Source: Blastocystis sp. Blastoise
Taxonomy: Eukaryota > Protista > Bigyra: Opalinata
Assembly (NCBI GenBank): GCA_039096225.1
Contig: JBBPEB010000032.1
Location: 496,001 to 560,000, forward strand
Length of the DNA: 64,000 nt
Direction: 5' to 3'
Program-made: the position numbers and the translations under genes
Notes under the pieces: generated by a model
Told to the model about the DNA's origin: nothing
Database searches by the model: none
Seen by the model: only the letters and a program-made list of their open reading frames with translations
Part shown: positions 63,563-64,000 of the stretch, piece after piece
How positions within the stretch are numbered: the stretch's first letter is position 1
How the letters are laid out: each line of letters begins with the position of its first letter

Positions 63563-64000
63563 TATTCAGTATGGTGCATATCCTGAGCATATAGAATTCT
63601 TTAAGAACATACTAACTACACATGTATTTCCTAATGTTACTACTCTTATTATTACAGGTATATATATAAAAGAATATATATAAGAGTATATAAATATATA
63701 TATAGAATATGTATAAGAATATATATAAAAAAGATTATATAAATAAGAGTATATATATATATGTATATATATATATAGGACATGGTTATGATGATACAAA
63801 TCTTTTATTTCAAACATCATTTCTTCCTTATATAACAAGAAAGAATTTTCCTCAATTACATATATATGATTTACGTGATTATATTTATAATACTGATAAT
63901 GATGTAATGGAATACTTATCAACTGATATTTTTCAAGAATCATTTCTGCAATTAATTGATTCTATTGAAATCACAGATAACGAATATACTATTTCGAAAC
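61200..64000 (+). CDS. Uncharacterised multi-exon protein with a degenerate BTB/POZ-like N-terminus and FPxL LRR-like repeats; runs off the window
   Basis: LSVPLSFLNRYPKSIF (KCTD/T1-like); DIFPKLE, HVFPNVTTL, NFPQLHIYDL; GT-AG exons join in frame. Confidence 0.7.

Overview
Very AT-rich (about 20% GC by eye), intron-dense eukaryotic nuclear DNA. Most of the supplied ORFs are single exons or microsatellite artefacts. Manual splicing gives about 22 genes: TIM9, NDUFA9, WDR18/IPI3, DDX27/DRS1, a WH1+CRIB protein, MRM2, an EF-hand protein, a MORN protein, ATAD1/MSP1, an EHD/dynamin-like GTPase, TAF5, a treble-clef Zn-ribbon repeat protein, a membrane protein with a phage-like C-terminus, an FNT channel, xylulokinase, an SDE2-CCCH-SPRY fusion, RAD51C, NAA30, CCZ1, a BTB-like protein and three unknowns. 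There are also two snRNA genes, U6 and minor-spliceosome U6atac. Gene content suggests a Blastocystis-like stramenopile (inference). The most notable signal is splicing. U6atac has an altered 5'-splice-site box, and there are two U12-type introns (AT-AC and AT-AT). Most major introns are capped by (TA)n tracts. About six introns in conserved genes can only be removed sensibly with non-AG ends (GT-AA, GT-AT, GT-TA), which is either real biology or a systematic assembly error. Also seen: a hairpin-dense intergenic ncRNA candidate and over-representation of a CCCGYGG motif. Coordinates were counted by hand and may be off by a few bases.
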